From Eubacteriales bacterium (lineage in GTDB: Bacteria; Bacillota; Clostridia; Oscillospirales; CAG-382), in the NCBI GenBank assembly GCA_045657425.1, contig JAZOTA010000004.1, positions 13,908 to 77,907 on the forward strand: a stretch of 64,000 bases of DNA, given 5' to 3'. A program made the translations under genes and the position numbers. Shown piece by piece: positions 1-8,532 of the stretch. Under the pieces are notes generated by a model that worked only from the letters and a program-made list of their open reading frames with translations, was not told where the DNA came from and did no database searches. Position 1 is the first letter of the stretch. The number at the start of each line of letters is the position of its first letter.

Positions 1-210
1 AAATATTTCAATAATTCTGCCCTTAGGCACACCGCCTATTCCTAATGCAACGTCAAGAGAAAGCGAACCGGTGGGAACGCTTTTAACTTCCATACCTGCA
101 TTTTCGCCAAGGCGCATTATAGAACCCTTGCCGCATTGCTTTTCAATCTGCGCAAGTGCGGTTTCAAGAGCGATTTTTTTACTGTCGTTTTTCGTATCTT
201 TGATTGCCAT
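1..210 (-). CDS. recA: Recombinase RecA, N-terminal 70 codons only (gene runs off the left edge of the window)
   Basis: Absent from the ORF track because it is truncated. Manual minus-strand translation from the ATG at 210-208 gives [70 protein letters not shown], the canonical RecA N-terminus. GGAGG lies 9 nt upstream of the ATG. Confidence 0.9.
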   Translation of the reverse strand, partial: MAIKDTKNDSKKIALETALAQIEKQCGKGSIMRLGENAGMEVKSVPTGSLSLDVALGIGGVPKGRIIEIF

Positions 211-227
211 AAAGCACAACCTCCATG

Positions 228-241
228 CGAACTTTTGTTCT
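228..241. promoter_or_regulatory. LexA/DinR SOS (Cheo) box upstream of recA
   Basis: cgaacttttgttct matches the Firmicute SOS-box consensus CGAAC-N4-GTTCG at 13 of 14 positions. It sits between the predicted -10 and the recA ribosome-binding site. Confidence 0.7.
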
Positions 242-245
242 ATTA

Positions 246-274
246 ATGATATCATACATTAATCTAAAAGTCAA
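246..274 (-). promoter_or_regulatory. Candidate sigma-A promoter of recA
   Basis: Minus strand reads TTGACT (274-269), a 17-nt spacer, then TATCAT (251-246), immediately upstream of the SOS box. Confidence 0.45.
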
Positions 275-443
275 TTAAATTTTCATAAAAATACCCTTAA
301 TTATTCTTTAAGTTACATATTTAGTCAAAACTATATTAAATTTTCACAAATTAGATTTTTTTTGTTAAATAAGTCAATATACAAATCAAAAATTTTTAGT
401 TAAAATAAGTGTACATAAATTAGCAAATGCAAGGAGTGTAATT

Positions 444-1556
444 ATGGCGCAGAATCAACACCATGGAAAAATGGGGCTCATCGTTCTTAAAAGCTGTGCT
501 CAGCTTGGCAGTGAAGTGGACCAATTTATTCGTCAATTGAGAAATGAAGATGACGGAGAAAGCTACATCATTCCCATCGAGGAAGTTCGTTTTAGCAACG
601 GTGAAGGTAAAGTAAAGATCCAAGACTCTGTCAGAGGCAGAGATATTTATATCCTTTGCGATATCGGCAACTATAGTTGCACCTACAACCTCTTCGGTTA
701 CGAAAACAGAATGAGCCCCGATGATCACTTCCGTGATATCAAGCGCGTTCTTTCGGCAATCGGCGGCAAAGCAAGCAGAATTACAGTTTTGATGCCCCTT
801 CTCTATTCCTCGCGTCAGCACAAGAGAAAAGGCAGAGAATCGCTTGACTGTGCACAGGCACTTGAAGAACTTCAAAATCTCGGCGTAGATTGCATCCTCA
901 CATTTGATGCTCACGATTCTACCATTTATAACGCTATCCCCGGCACTTCCTTTGAAAATATCTACCCCACCTATTCGATGCTCAAGCGCTTCATTCAAAA
1001 CGAAGGCGATGATATTTTCAAGGATAACATGACCGTTATTAGCCCCGATACCGGTGCTATGGACAGAGCTATTTATTACGCAAACGTTCTCGGCCTCGAC
1101 GTCGGCATGTTCTATAAGAGAAGAGACCATTCGAGAATCGTTAACGGCAAGAACCCGATCGTTCAGCACGAATATATCGGCGGTCCTCTTGAAGGCAAGC
1201 GTGTTCTCATTATCGACGACATGATCGCTTCCGGTGAATCTGTTATCGACGTTATCAACGAAATCCAAAAGCAAAACGTAAGCGACGTTTATGCTGCGGT
1301 TTCCTTCGCATTCTTCACAAGCGGTCTTGAAAAGTTCGACAAACTCTATGAAGAAGGCAAGCTCAAGAAACTGTATTCCACCAACCTCACCTACGCTCCC
1401 AAGGAATTGCTTGAACGTCCTTGGTTCGTACAGGTTGACATGTCCAAGTTCATTGCAAAGATCCTTTGCACTCTTAACAATGACGAATCTATCTCGCCCC
1501 TTCTCGACAGTGCGGCAAGAATCCGTCGTCTTTTAAAGAGATATAACCAAGGTTAA
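444..1556 (+). CDS. prs: Ribose-phosphate pyrophosphokinase (PRPP synthetase family)
   Basis: 370-aa ORF with AAGGAG upstream. PRPP-synthetase-like motifs are present: TFDAHD, and the ribose-5-P/PRPP loop VLIIDDMIASGESV. Confidence 0.8.
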   Translation: MAQNQHHGKMGLIVLKSCAQLGSEVDQFIRQLRNEDDGESYIIPIEEVRFSNGEGKVKIQDSVRGRDIYILCDIGNYSCTYNLFGYENRMSPDDHFRDIKRVLSAIGGKASRITVLMPLLYSSRQHKRKGRESLDCAQALEELQNLGVDCILTFDAHDSTIYNAIPGTSFENIYPTYSMLKRFIQNEGDDIFKDNMTVISPDTGAMDRAIYYANVLGLDVGMFYKRRDHSRIVNGKNPIVQHEYIGGPLEGKRVLIIDDMIASGESVIDVINEIQKQNVSDVYAAVSFAFFTSGLEKFDKLYEEGKLKKLYSTNLTYAPKELLERPWFVQVDMSKFIAKILCTLNNDESISPLLDSAARIRRLLKRYNQG

Positions 1557-1578
1557 TTTGTATATTAGCGAAAATATG

Positions 1579-1607
1579 TTGACAAAACTGTTTTTGCATG
1601 ATATAAT
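1579..1607 (+). promoter_or_regulatory. Sigma-A promoter of the rpsF-ssb-rpsR operon
   Basis: TTGACA (1579-1584), a 17-nt spacer, then TATAAT (1602-1607). Confidence 0.6.
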
Positions 1608-1684
1608 GATTAAGATATGAAAACTTTTAGTTTTCTCCTTACTCCATCATCAAGATGGAGTCAAAGTCCAGAAGGAGGTGTAGA
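1608..1684 (+). promoter_or_regulatory. Structured 5' leader of rpsF (possible S6:S18 autoregulatory leader)
   Basis: Hairpin ctccatc/gatggag at 1642-1660. In addition, ctcctt (1635-1640) is complementary to the Shine-Dalgarno aaggag (1672-1677). Confidence 0.35.
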
Positions 1685-1972
1685 ATGATGACTAAGTACG
1701 AAACAATTTTCGTTGTCAACAGCGCTCTCGGCGAAGAAGCCGTTAAAGCACTTGTTGAAAAGTTTACCTCGCTCATCGGCGCCAACGCAGAAGTTGAAAC
1801 CGTTAACGAGTGGGGCAACAGAAGATTTGCGTACCCCATCGAAGATTTGACTGAAGGCTATTATGTTCTCGTTAAATTCGCATCGGCTCCCGATTTCCCG
1901 AGCGAACTTTCCAGAATTTATAATATCACCGACGGCATTCTTCGTTCGCTCATCGTAAATTGCGAACAGTAA
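1685..1972 (+). CDS. rpsF: 30S ribosomal protein S6
   Basis: MMTKYETIFVV...WGNRRFAYPI...GYYVLVKF is the S6 signature. The start is moved from the track's 1655 to the ATG 6 nt after GGAGG. Confidence 0.9.
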   Translation: MMTKYETIFVVNSALGEEAVKALVEKFTSLIGANAEVETVNEWGNRRFAYPIEDLTEGYYVLVKFASAPDFPSELSRIYNITDGILRSLIVNCEQ

Positions 1973-2005
1973 TGAATTCATTCGCTGAATAAGTGAGGTA
2001 ACATT

Positions 2006-2440
2006 ATGGCATTCAACAGAGTTATCCTTGTTGGCAACCTTGTCGCCGACCCCGAATTGAAGACAACCACAAACGGCACAAACGTTACGAGATTCCGCAT
2101 TGCTGTTAACAGAAGCTTTACTCGTACAGGTGAACAGCCCAAGACCGATTTCTTTGATATCGTCGCTTGGCGTCAAACTGCTGAATTTGTTTCTCGTTAT
2201 TTTACAAAAGGCAGACCGATTCTCGTTTCCGGTACTCTTCAAAACAACAATTGGACCGACAACAATAATGTTAAGCATTATACCGTTGAAATTGTCGCTG
2301 ATGAGGTATCTTTCGTAGATCGCAAGAGCGACAGTATGCCCGGACAACCCTCTATGTCTAATGGAGCACCTACTTACAGCACCCCCTCGGTAGATTCGGG
2401 ATTTGAGGATCTTTCCGCAGATGACGAACTGCCCTTCTAA
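2006..2440 (+). CDS. ssb: Single-stranded DNA-binding protein
   Basis: MAFNRVILVGNLVADPELKTT..G..VTRFRIAVNR OB-fold N-terminus and the acidic C-terminal tip DDELPF. Conserved rpsF-ssb-rpsR context. Confidence 0.9.
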   Translation: MAFNRVILVGNLVADPELKTTTNGTNVTRFRIAVNRSFTRTGEQPKTDFFDIVAWRQTAEFVSRYFTKGRPILVSGTLQNNNWTDNNNVKHYTVEIVADEVSFVDRKSDSMPGQPSMSNGAPTYSTPSVDSGFEDLSADDELPF

Positions 2441-2461
2441 AAAAATTATAAGGAGAATAAC

Positions 2462-2794
2462 ATGGAAAACGAACAGGTAGTTGCTACCGAAGAGACCGTT
2501 GCTCCCGCTGCTGAACAGAACGAAGTTAGAGAAGCTAGAGAACCTCGTGAACAGCGCGACGGCGCACGTGCTCCCTTCCGTAACAAGAGAAGAAAGAAAG
2601 TTTGCGCTTACTGCGCTGACAAAGTAGATTTTATCGATTATAAGGATACTATGCGTCTTAAGAAGAACCTTTCTGAACGCTACAAGATTCTTCCCCGCAG
2701 AGTTACCGGTACTTGCGCTCGTCCCCAAAGACAGCACAGCATCGCTGTTAAGAGAGCAAGACACCTCGCGCTCATCCCTTATATCACCGACTAA
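2462..2794 (+). CDS. rpsR: 30S ribosomal protein S18 with an approximately 35-aa Glu/Arg/Ala-rich N-terminal extension
   Basis: Core KKVCAYC...IDYKD...[42 protein letters not shown] is S18. There is no internal Met that would allow a shorter start. Confidence 0.9.
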   Translation: MENEQVVATEETVAPAAEQNEVREAREPREQRDGARAPFRNKRRKKVCAYCADKVDFIDYKDTMRLKKNLSERYKILPRRVTGTCARPQRQHSIAVKRARHLALIPYITD

Positions 2795-2803
2795 ATAATC
2801 CAT

Positions 2804-2836
2804 GCGGACAACCAATCGGTTGTCCGCACTTTTTTG
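2804..2836 (+). terminator. Rho-independent terminator after rpsR
   Basis: gcggacaacc-aatc-ggttgtccgc followed by acttttttg. Confidence 0.8.
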
Positions 2837-2843
2837 AGGCATT

Positions 2844-3635
2844 ATGTTTAATATAATTAAAGATATATTAAAATCAGAAGGAATTGACCACGTCGGAATG
2901 ATTCCTTTAATCGAATGCGAAATTATTAATGAAAGAATTTTGCCCAAAGATGCAAAAAGTGTAATAGTATTTTCGATTCCCTACCGCTCAACAAAAAACA
3001 CCGCAAACGACGGATTTTCGGAATATGCAAGAATTTATGATTACCATAAATTTGCACAAGAGCTTTATGAACGCACAATTGATTTAATGAGTAAGAAAAC
3101 CGGCTATAATTTTTACGGTTTTTGCGATCACTCACCGATAAACGAAAAGCTCGCAATTTCAAAAAGCGGCCTTGGTGTTATCGGCAGGAATTCTCTTTTT
3201 ATTGATAATAAATACGGCTCGTTTGTTTTTATAGGTTCAATTCTCACCGATGCAGAATACTTTGAAGGTATTGCAAATATCGATGTTTGCATTAACTGCC
3301 AAAAATGCGTCGTTGCTTGCCCAAACGGAGCAATAAATAATATCGGAATTGACCGCACAAAATGTCTGTCCGCCATCTCCCAAAAGAAAAGCAAAACAGA
3401 CGAAGAAAAGGCAATACTTAAAAAGCACAACATTGTATGGGGCTGTGATATTTGCCAAAACGTTTGTCCATATAACGAAAAGGCAACAATATCGCCAATA
3501 AAACGCTTTAAAGACACCCGTGTTGATAAAATAGATAAGGATTTTATTGAATCCTTAAGCGAAGAAGAGTTTAAAAAATACGCTTTTTCTTACAAAGGCA
3601 GAAAAATCATAACCGATAACATTGAATTTAAATAA
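2844..3635 (+). CDS. queG: Epoxyqueuosine reductase-like 4Fe-4S protein (short QueG-type)
   Basis: Two ferredoxin-type cluster motifs, CINCQKCVVACP and WGCDICQNVCPYN, in the QueG arrangement. At 263 aa it is shorter than classical QueG. Confidence 0.55.
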   Translation: MFNIIKDILKSEGIDHVGMIPLIECEIINERILPKDAKSVIVFSIPYRSTKNTANDGFSEYARIYDYHKFAQELYERTIDLMSKKTGYNFYGFCDHSPINEKLAISKSGLGVIGRNSLFIDNKYGSFVFIGSILTDAEYFEGIANIDVCINCQKCVVACPNGAINNIGIDRTKCLSAISQKKSKTDEEKAILKKHNIVWGCDICQNVCPYNEKATISPIKRFKDTRVDKIDKDFIESLSEEEFKKYAFSYKGRKIITDNIEFK

Positions 3636-3698
3636 TACTTGCTTGACTACCAACGAATTGAATGATATAATATAGAAAATATTAATTGGAGTACAAAT

Positions 3699-4262
3699 AT
3701 GGACGTAAACGCACAAATAAAGCAAATTGCCGATAGAATTAAATATCTTCGCGATGCAGTTGATATGACTGATATTGAGGTTGCGAATGCTTTGGGCATC
3801 ACTGTTGAAGAATACGCAAAATACGAAAACGGCGAAAAGGATATTCCCATAAGCGTTATTTACTCTACTGCTGCTGCATTGGGTGTAGACCCTACCGAAT
3901 TGATTCTTGGCGAAGCGCCCCGTATGGCTGAATATTGCATTACACGCAAAGATGCCGGCATTATGATTGAGCGTTATCCCGGTTATTCATTTGAAGCGCT
4001 TGCACACAATTTTATCGGCAGAGATAAAGAGCCGATGATAGTTACGCTCTCGTCCGCGCAAGAACACGCGGCATTAGTTTCGCATAGCGGACAGGAATTC
4101 AACTACGTCCTTGAAGGAAAAATCGGCATTACTCTTGGAAACAGAACCTTCGAATTAAGCGCAGGTGATTCAGTTTATTTTATGCCGTCTATTCCCCACG
4201 GACAATTTGCGATAACCGAAACTGCAAAATTCCTCACGATAATTGATAAAGAAAATGGCTGA
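3699..4262 (+). CDS. XRE-family HTH regulator with C-terminal cupin domain
   Basis: N-terminal HTH_3-like IADRIKYLRDAVDMTDIEVANALGITVEEYAKYENGEK. C-terminal cupin motifs HSGQEFNYVLEG and GDSVYFMPSIPH. Confidence 0.75.
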   Translation: MDVNAQIKQIADRIKYLRDAVDMTDIEVANALGITVEEYAKYENGEKDIPISVIYSTAAALGVDPTELILGEAPRMAEYCITRKDAGIMIERYPGYSFEALAHNFIGRDKEPMIVTLSSAQEHAALVSHSGQEFNYVLEGKIGITLGNRTFELSAGDSVYFMPSIPHGQFAITETAKFLTIIDKENG

Positions 4263-5079
4263 TTTTAAAAAGAAAAAGCAATACGGCCAAAACTTTTTGA
4301 CCAACGTTGCGATACCAAAAAGAATAGCCGCAGAAAGCGGCATTACATCCGATGATTGTGTAATCGAGGTCGGACCCGGATTCGGAATTCTCACACGCGA
4401 GTTGTCTGCAATTGCACACAAGGTTGTTGCAATTGAAATCGATACCGAGTTAATGGACATTCTTCCGCAAAAGCTTGCCGATTGCAATAACGTTAAGATC
4501 ATCAACGCGGATATACTCAAAATTGATGTTGAAGAACTTATCAAGACCGAATTTGAGGGCAGAAACGTTTGCGTTTGCGCTAACCTTCCCTATTACATAA
4601 CAACCGATATTGTTATGAAGCTATTAGAGGGAAATTTTGGTTTTAAGACCATTACAGTTATGGTCCAAAAAGAGGTTGCAGAGCGTTTTTGCTCGCCTGC
4701 GGGTTCCGACGGTTACGGCGCAATTACCGCTTCAATCGGTTATTACGCCTCGGTCAAGCGCTTATTTACGGTAAAAGCTGGTTCTTTCGATCCAAGGCCA
4801 AAGGTCGACAGCGCGGTAATCCGTTTTGATTTGTACAAAGTGCCGCCCGTTTCACCTAAAGATAAGAAGCTTTTCTTCGATGTTATCAAAGCCGCTTTCT
4901 CGCAACGCAGAAAAACGCTTTCAAATGCCTTGATATCGTCATTCGGTTCAAAGCTGACTAAACAAGATTGCAACGAAATTATTGTTGAATGCGGCTTTTC
5001 GGAAACCGTACGCGGCGAAGAATTAGATATTTTCGCTTTTTCAAAAATAGCAGACGCGATTTTCAACCGTTTAAATTAA
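4255..5079 (+). CDS. rsmA: 16S rRNA (adenine1518/1519-N6)-dimethyltransferase
   Basis: KKKQYGQNFL, SAM motif VIEVGPGFGILT, and NLPYYITT. Start taken at MADFKKK (4255), overlapping the upstream stop. Confidence 0.9.
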   Translation: MADFKKKKQYGQNFLTNVAIPKRIAAESGITSDDCVIEVGPGFGILTRELSAIAHKVVAIEIDTELMDILPQKLADCNNVKIINADILKIDVEELIKTEFEGRNVCVCANLPYYITTDIVMKLLEGNFGFKTITVMVQKEVAERFCSPAGSDGYGAITASIGYYASVKRLFTVKAGSFDPRPKVDSAVIRFDLYKVPPVSPKDKKLFFDVIKAAFSQRRKTLSNALISSFGSKLTKQDCNEIIVECGFSETVRGEELDIFAFSKIADAIFNRLN

Positions 5080-5092
5080 ATATACGCTAATT

Positions 5093-5125
5093 AAAAGACC
5101 GTATCGAATCGATACGGTCTTTTTT
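5093..5125. terminator. Bidirectional terminator between convergent rsmA and the GHL10 lipoprotein gene
   Basis: aaaa-gaccgtatcga-a-tcgatacggtc-tttttt, a perfect 11-bp stem flanked by A and T runs. Confidence 0.8.
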
Positions 5126-5133
5126 GTTATCTA

Positions 5134-8100
5134 CTACCTTGTATTTAAACGAAGCGCCGAAATCTTGAGCCAATATTCAAGTGATTCAAACTCGAAAATA
5201 ATAGAATCGGTTTCTTTGTTCTCGCCGCATTTGTTTAAAATATTCGCCTTTACAGACGCCAGCTTCGACATTGCCTTGTTGCACCAAGTAATTTTTTGCG
5301 TAACCGATGCATTTTCAACGTTAAATTCACCCGAGAATTTAATAATTTCATCACATTGCGATTTAATATAAGCAATGTCATCTGCATTTAGGATTTGATA
5401 AAGATCAGATAAATTATCAGCTTTTGCTTTGATATACTCCATCTGTGCAGATGCGGTTATCGAAAGCTTGTTGGTTTGTACCGCAGGAGCACGGAATGCG
5501 CCCTCGGTAATCGGCTTATAATAAGACTTTGACGTGATTGATGCAAGTGCGAAAATCGAAACACCGTCAGCGCCTTTTTTGATAACGTCATCGAGCTGGA
5601 TGGCAAAATTGTTATCGGTGGTTTCAAGGAAAGCTGCAATGCCTGCCGAATAGAAAATTTTATCTTCGGTAATGGAATTATAGCTCTTTACACTTGGTGA
5701 AACAGAATTGTTATCCACACCGTATGACATAGAAAACACTTCGTCAAGATATCCCTTATTAATTATCGACCGGACGTCTTGAAAAATATCGTTTTTCGCC
5801 ATATTTATGTCAGGATAGGTAGCCGCTGACAACCAAAGATCGGGTTTGTTTTCACGAATCATATCATAAACCTCGCCGATAAAGCTTACTATGATATTAC
5901 ATCTAAAGTCAACCCACTTTTTATGCTCGGCGGAATTCTTAACAAAGGTTCTCGGATCTTTTGTAATGCCCGTTTCTTTGGAAAATGCATCGATAATATC
6001 CTGATTGTATCCAAAATCATCGGTGCCGTAATTCAATTCGGGCATTCTTACGTAGTCAAGATGCAAACCGTCGAGATCGTAATTAGTAACCAGCTGTTCA
6101 TAAACGTTTAAGATAAGATCTCTGCATTCTCTATCGTTAGGATTAAGGAAGATAAAATAATTATCATTAGCCGTATAATAGAAATAATCTCTTCCCTTTA
6201 TGTCAACAAGATACTTATCCTTATAGCGATCAAATGATTGGTTGTAATAATTTCTGCCGTCTTTATAGTAATAACCAACGAAGAAATTATGAACCCAAGC
6301 GTGTACCTCGATACCGTTTTCGTGACCTATTCTTATAAACGCTTCAAGAACATCAAAATTTGTGCTGTTGGGATATTTTGCAATTCCATCAACTTCAACC
6401 TTTGAGCCTATACAATAACCCTCATACCAGGTTTCAAGATACAATGCGTTTATATTTAGTTCCTTCATTTTCAGTACCGTCGCTCTGACCTCATCATCGC
6501 TTTTTTCGGTACCGCGATACCAAACCGCACGATTTTCAACACCGTTCGATTCATAGAACGAATATTGGAGCTTTTCGCAAGTTGAAATAACAGATTCGGC
6601 TTTCAAAAGTGCGGTTTCAAAATCAAACGATTCGAATGCATCTTCAGCTTCGGCTATAACGTTATCCATAAGAGAAAACTGCGCAGAAATGTTCTTATAA
6701 TCAAGATTAAAAAACGCTTTTTTAGCCGCATCTAATTTATCGCACACCAACGCATAATCGTGTTTAGCATTTACAAGACGCTGTTGAGGTGTTTTTATAA
6801 GCACAACATTGTTATTTTTAATATCAAAAACAACGGTTTGACCAATCGCAAACGCTTCTTCAAGCGCAACCTTGTTCGTGCCGTGTCCGGATAAAACAAA
6901 GCCGTCTTTAGGAATCGACATGTTCCCGTCATAACCATCAGAAACAGCAATACCGTTTTTATCAATCGCTATTTCATAACCGTAAGGATTTGTTTGCGTG
7001 GAGGGCTTGTCCTTATACAAAATTAAAGTGTTTTCTTTTCTGACGCCATTAACTCCGTCAATTTTTAAAGTCTCTACCTCGTAAATGTCTCCGCCAAAAC
7101 CAATCGACGCATTATCGCCGACTTTGACATGTTTAATCGCTTTGTAAAATTCAGAATCCTTATGAATACTTAATACAAATCCGTTTTGAGGGATTTTGCT
7201 GTCGCCTTTACCGACGTTAACACTTATTACCTTTCCGTCTTCAACGACAATTTCACTGCCGTAAACGTTTGAACCGGTGGTTTTGCCGTATTCGGAAGTA
7301 TAGATAACCGAAACACCCTCGGGCGCACGTACACCGTTTTCAAAATCGAACGCAAAATACTTACCGTTGATTTCAACATATTTATTAGGAATGGTAACAT
7401 AATCAATATAACAAGTATCGATCTTTTTACCAACTTCAAATTCGTCTAATTTTGAGATAGCATCATCACCGACAAGTGTGATGACAAAACCGCTTCCCTC
7501 GGGAATGAGCGATCTTTCGCCTTCTTTGCCGATTGTAACAACGTAATCGTTAACAATAACAATATCAATACGTTTAGAGTCAATTTTAGGCGTTACAGAA
7601 GATGTAGATTTGCTGTCAAAAAAATAAACACCGTCGCTCTTAATGTTAGAAACATTTAGATTGTCACTATTCAGTTCAACAACACCGCTTTTCATAACAA
7701 CTGCGGATTTATCACTGTAAGAATTGCATTTATTCAAATTTGAAAACGCTATCCTTTCAACGTTATTAAAATAATGTTCTGCAAAGGAAATGTTATATTC
7801 ACCGGTAAATACAAACATCACTTCCCCTTTTTTAGCGGCATCGATTCTATCCTTCTTTTTAATTGACATAATCTTACAGCTATAGTTGGTTGCAGCTTTC
7901 GCAGTTACAGTGATATTATCAATTGAAATATCGCATCCCTTAAATTTATCGGTTATGTAATATATCTTGTTTTCCGAAAATCCATACTCTGGATCAACCA
8001 AGCTAACGCGCCTTGTTGCGGTCGATATTAAATAATCGGGTGCGATCGTTGCAAGGTCGGTTCTTTCAATATCTGCACAAATACTTTCAAAACCATCCGC

Positions 8101-8532
8101 CTTAATAAGCTGTCCAACGTTCAATCTCACGTCTTTAAGCATCTCCGTCGGGATAGAAAGAGCAAAGCCGTTAAAAGGAATAACGCCGTTTTTTGTTTCT
8201 TCGGTTCGACCTACTACATCAAATTCGTAACCGTCATCGGTTAAAGCGGCGCGAACAGAAATAATTGTCCTGTTTTGCGCTTCTTCGCCGACAACATGTG
8301 AATATTTTCCGTTCAAACGGTAATCCTTGGTATATAAAACAACGTCATCACTAACAGGAGAACAGTTAACTTTATTAATTTCAAATATCTTCGTGCCGAT
8401 TTTTACTGTAAAATCATAATCAGACGAAGGCGCGTCGGAGGACGCACTTTCGTCTGCATTATTACTTTCACACGCAACCAAATTCACAAAGATAAAAAGA
8501 AATGCAAGAAATATGCAAATTAATCTTTTCAT
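5134..8532 (-). CDS. Large lipoprotein (1132 aa): four repeated beta-rich modules, a GHL10-type (family-10 glycosyl-hydrolase-like, YngK-like) TIM-barrel domain and a helical tail
   Basis: Lipobox FVNLVAC. GHL10-like block AVWYRGTEKSD...LNINALYLETWYEGYCIG...GIEVHAWVHNFFVGYY...LDGLHLDYVRMP. Confidence 0.55.
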   Translation of the reverse strand: MKRLICIFLAFLFIFVNLVACESNNADESASSDAPSSDYDFTVKIGTKIFEINKVNCSPVSDDVVLYTKDYRLNGKYSHVVGEEAQNRTIISVRAALTDDGYEFDVVGRTEETKNGVIPFNGFALSIPTEMLKDVRLNVGQLIKADGFESICADIERTDLATIAPDYLISTATRRVSLVDPEYGFSENKIYYITDKFKGCDISIDNITVTAKAATNYSCKIMSIKKKDRIDAAKKGEVMFVFTGEYNISFAEHYFNNVERIAFSNLNKCNSYSDKSAVVMKSGVVELNSDNLNVSNIKSDGVYFFDSKSTSSVTPKIDSKRIDIVIVNDYVVTIGKEGERSLIPEGSGFVITLVGDDAISKLDEFEVGKKIDTCYIDYVTIPNKYVEINGKYFAFDFENGVRAPEGVSVIYTSEYGKTTGSNVYGSEIVVEDGKVISVNVGKGDSKIPQNGFVLSIHKDSEFYKAIKHVKVGDNASIGFGGDIYEVETLKIDGVNGVRKENTLILYKDKPSTQTNPYGYEIAIDKNGIAVSDGYDGNMSIPKDGFVLSGHGTNKVALEEAFAIGQTVVFDIKNNNVVLIKTPQQRLVNAKHDYALVCDKLDAAKKAFFNLDYKNISAQFSLMDNVIAEAEDAFESFDFETALLKAESVISTCEKLQYSFYESNGVENRAVWYRGTEKSDDEVRATVLKMKELNINALYLETWYEGYCIGSKVEVDGIAKYPNSTNFDVLEAFIRIGHENGIEVHAWVHNFFVGYYYKDGRNYYNQSFDRYKDKYLVDIKGRDYFYYTANDNYFIFLNPNDRECRDLILNVYEQLVTNYDLDGLHLDYVRMPELNYGTDDFGYNQDIIDAFSKETGITKDPRTFVKNSAEHKKWVDFRCNIIVSFIGEVYDMIRENKPDLWLSAATYPDINMAKNDIFQDVRSIINKGYLDEVFSMSYGVDNNSVSPSVKSYNSITEDKIFYSAGIAAFLETTDNNFAIQLDDVIKKGADGVSIFALASITSKSYYKPITEGAFRAPAVQTNKLSITASAQMEYIKAKADNLSDLYQILNADDIAYIKSQCDEIIKFSGEFNVENASVTQKITWCNKAMSKLASVKANILNKCGENKETDSIIFEFESLEYWLKISALRLNTR

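Noticed and set aside
273-353. Direct repeat attaaattttcaTaaaaat / attaaattttcaCaaatta in the recA-prs intergenic region
   Set aside because: It is a short, AT-rich repeat in a generally AT-rich divergent promoter region. It is plausibly a chance match or UP-element-like sequence, and there is not enough evidence to call a regulatory site.
1661-2947. 428-aa ORF on the minus strand spanning rpsF, ssb and rpsR
   Set aside because: It is antisense to three unmistakable, conserved genes. It has a low-complexity, Cys/Phe/Asn-rich composition and no RBS. This is a shadow ORF produced by codon bias.
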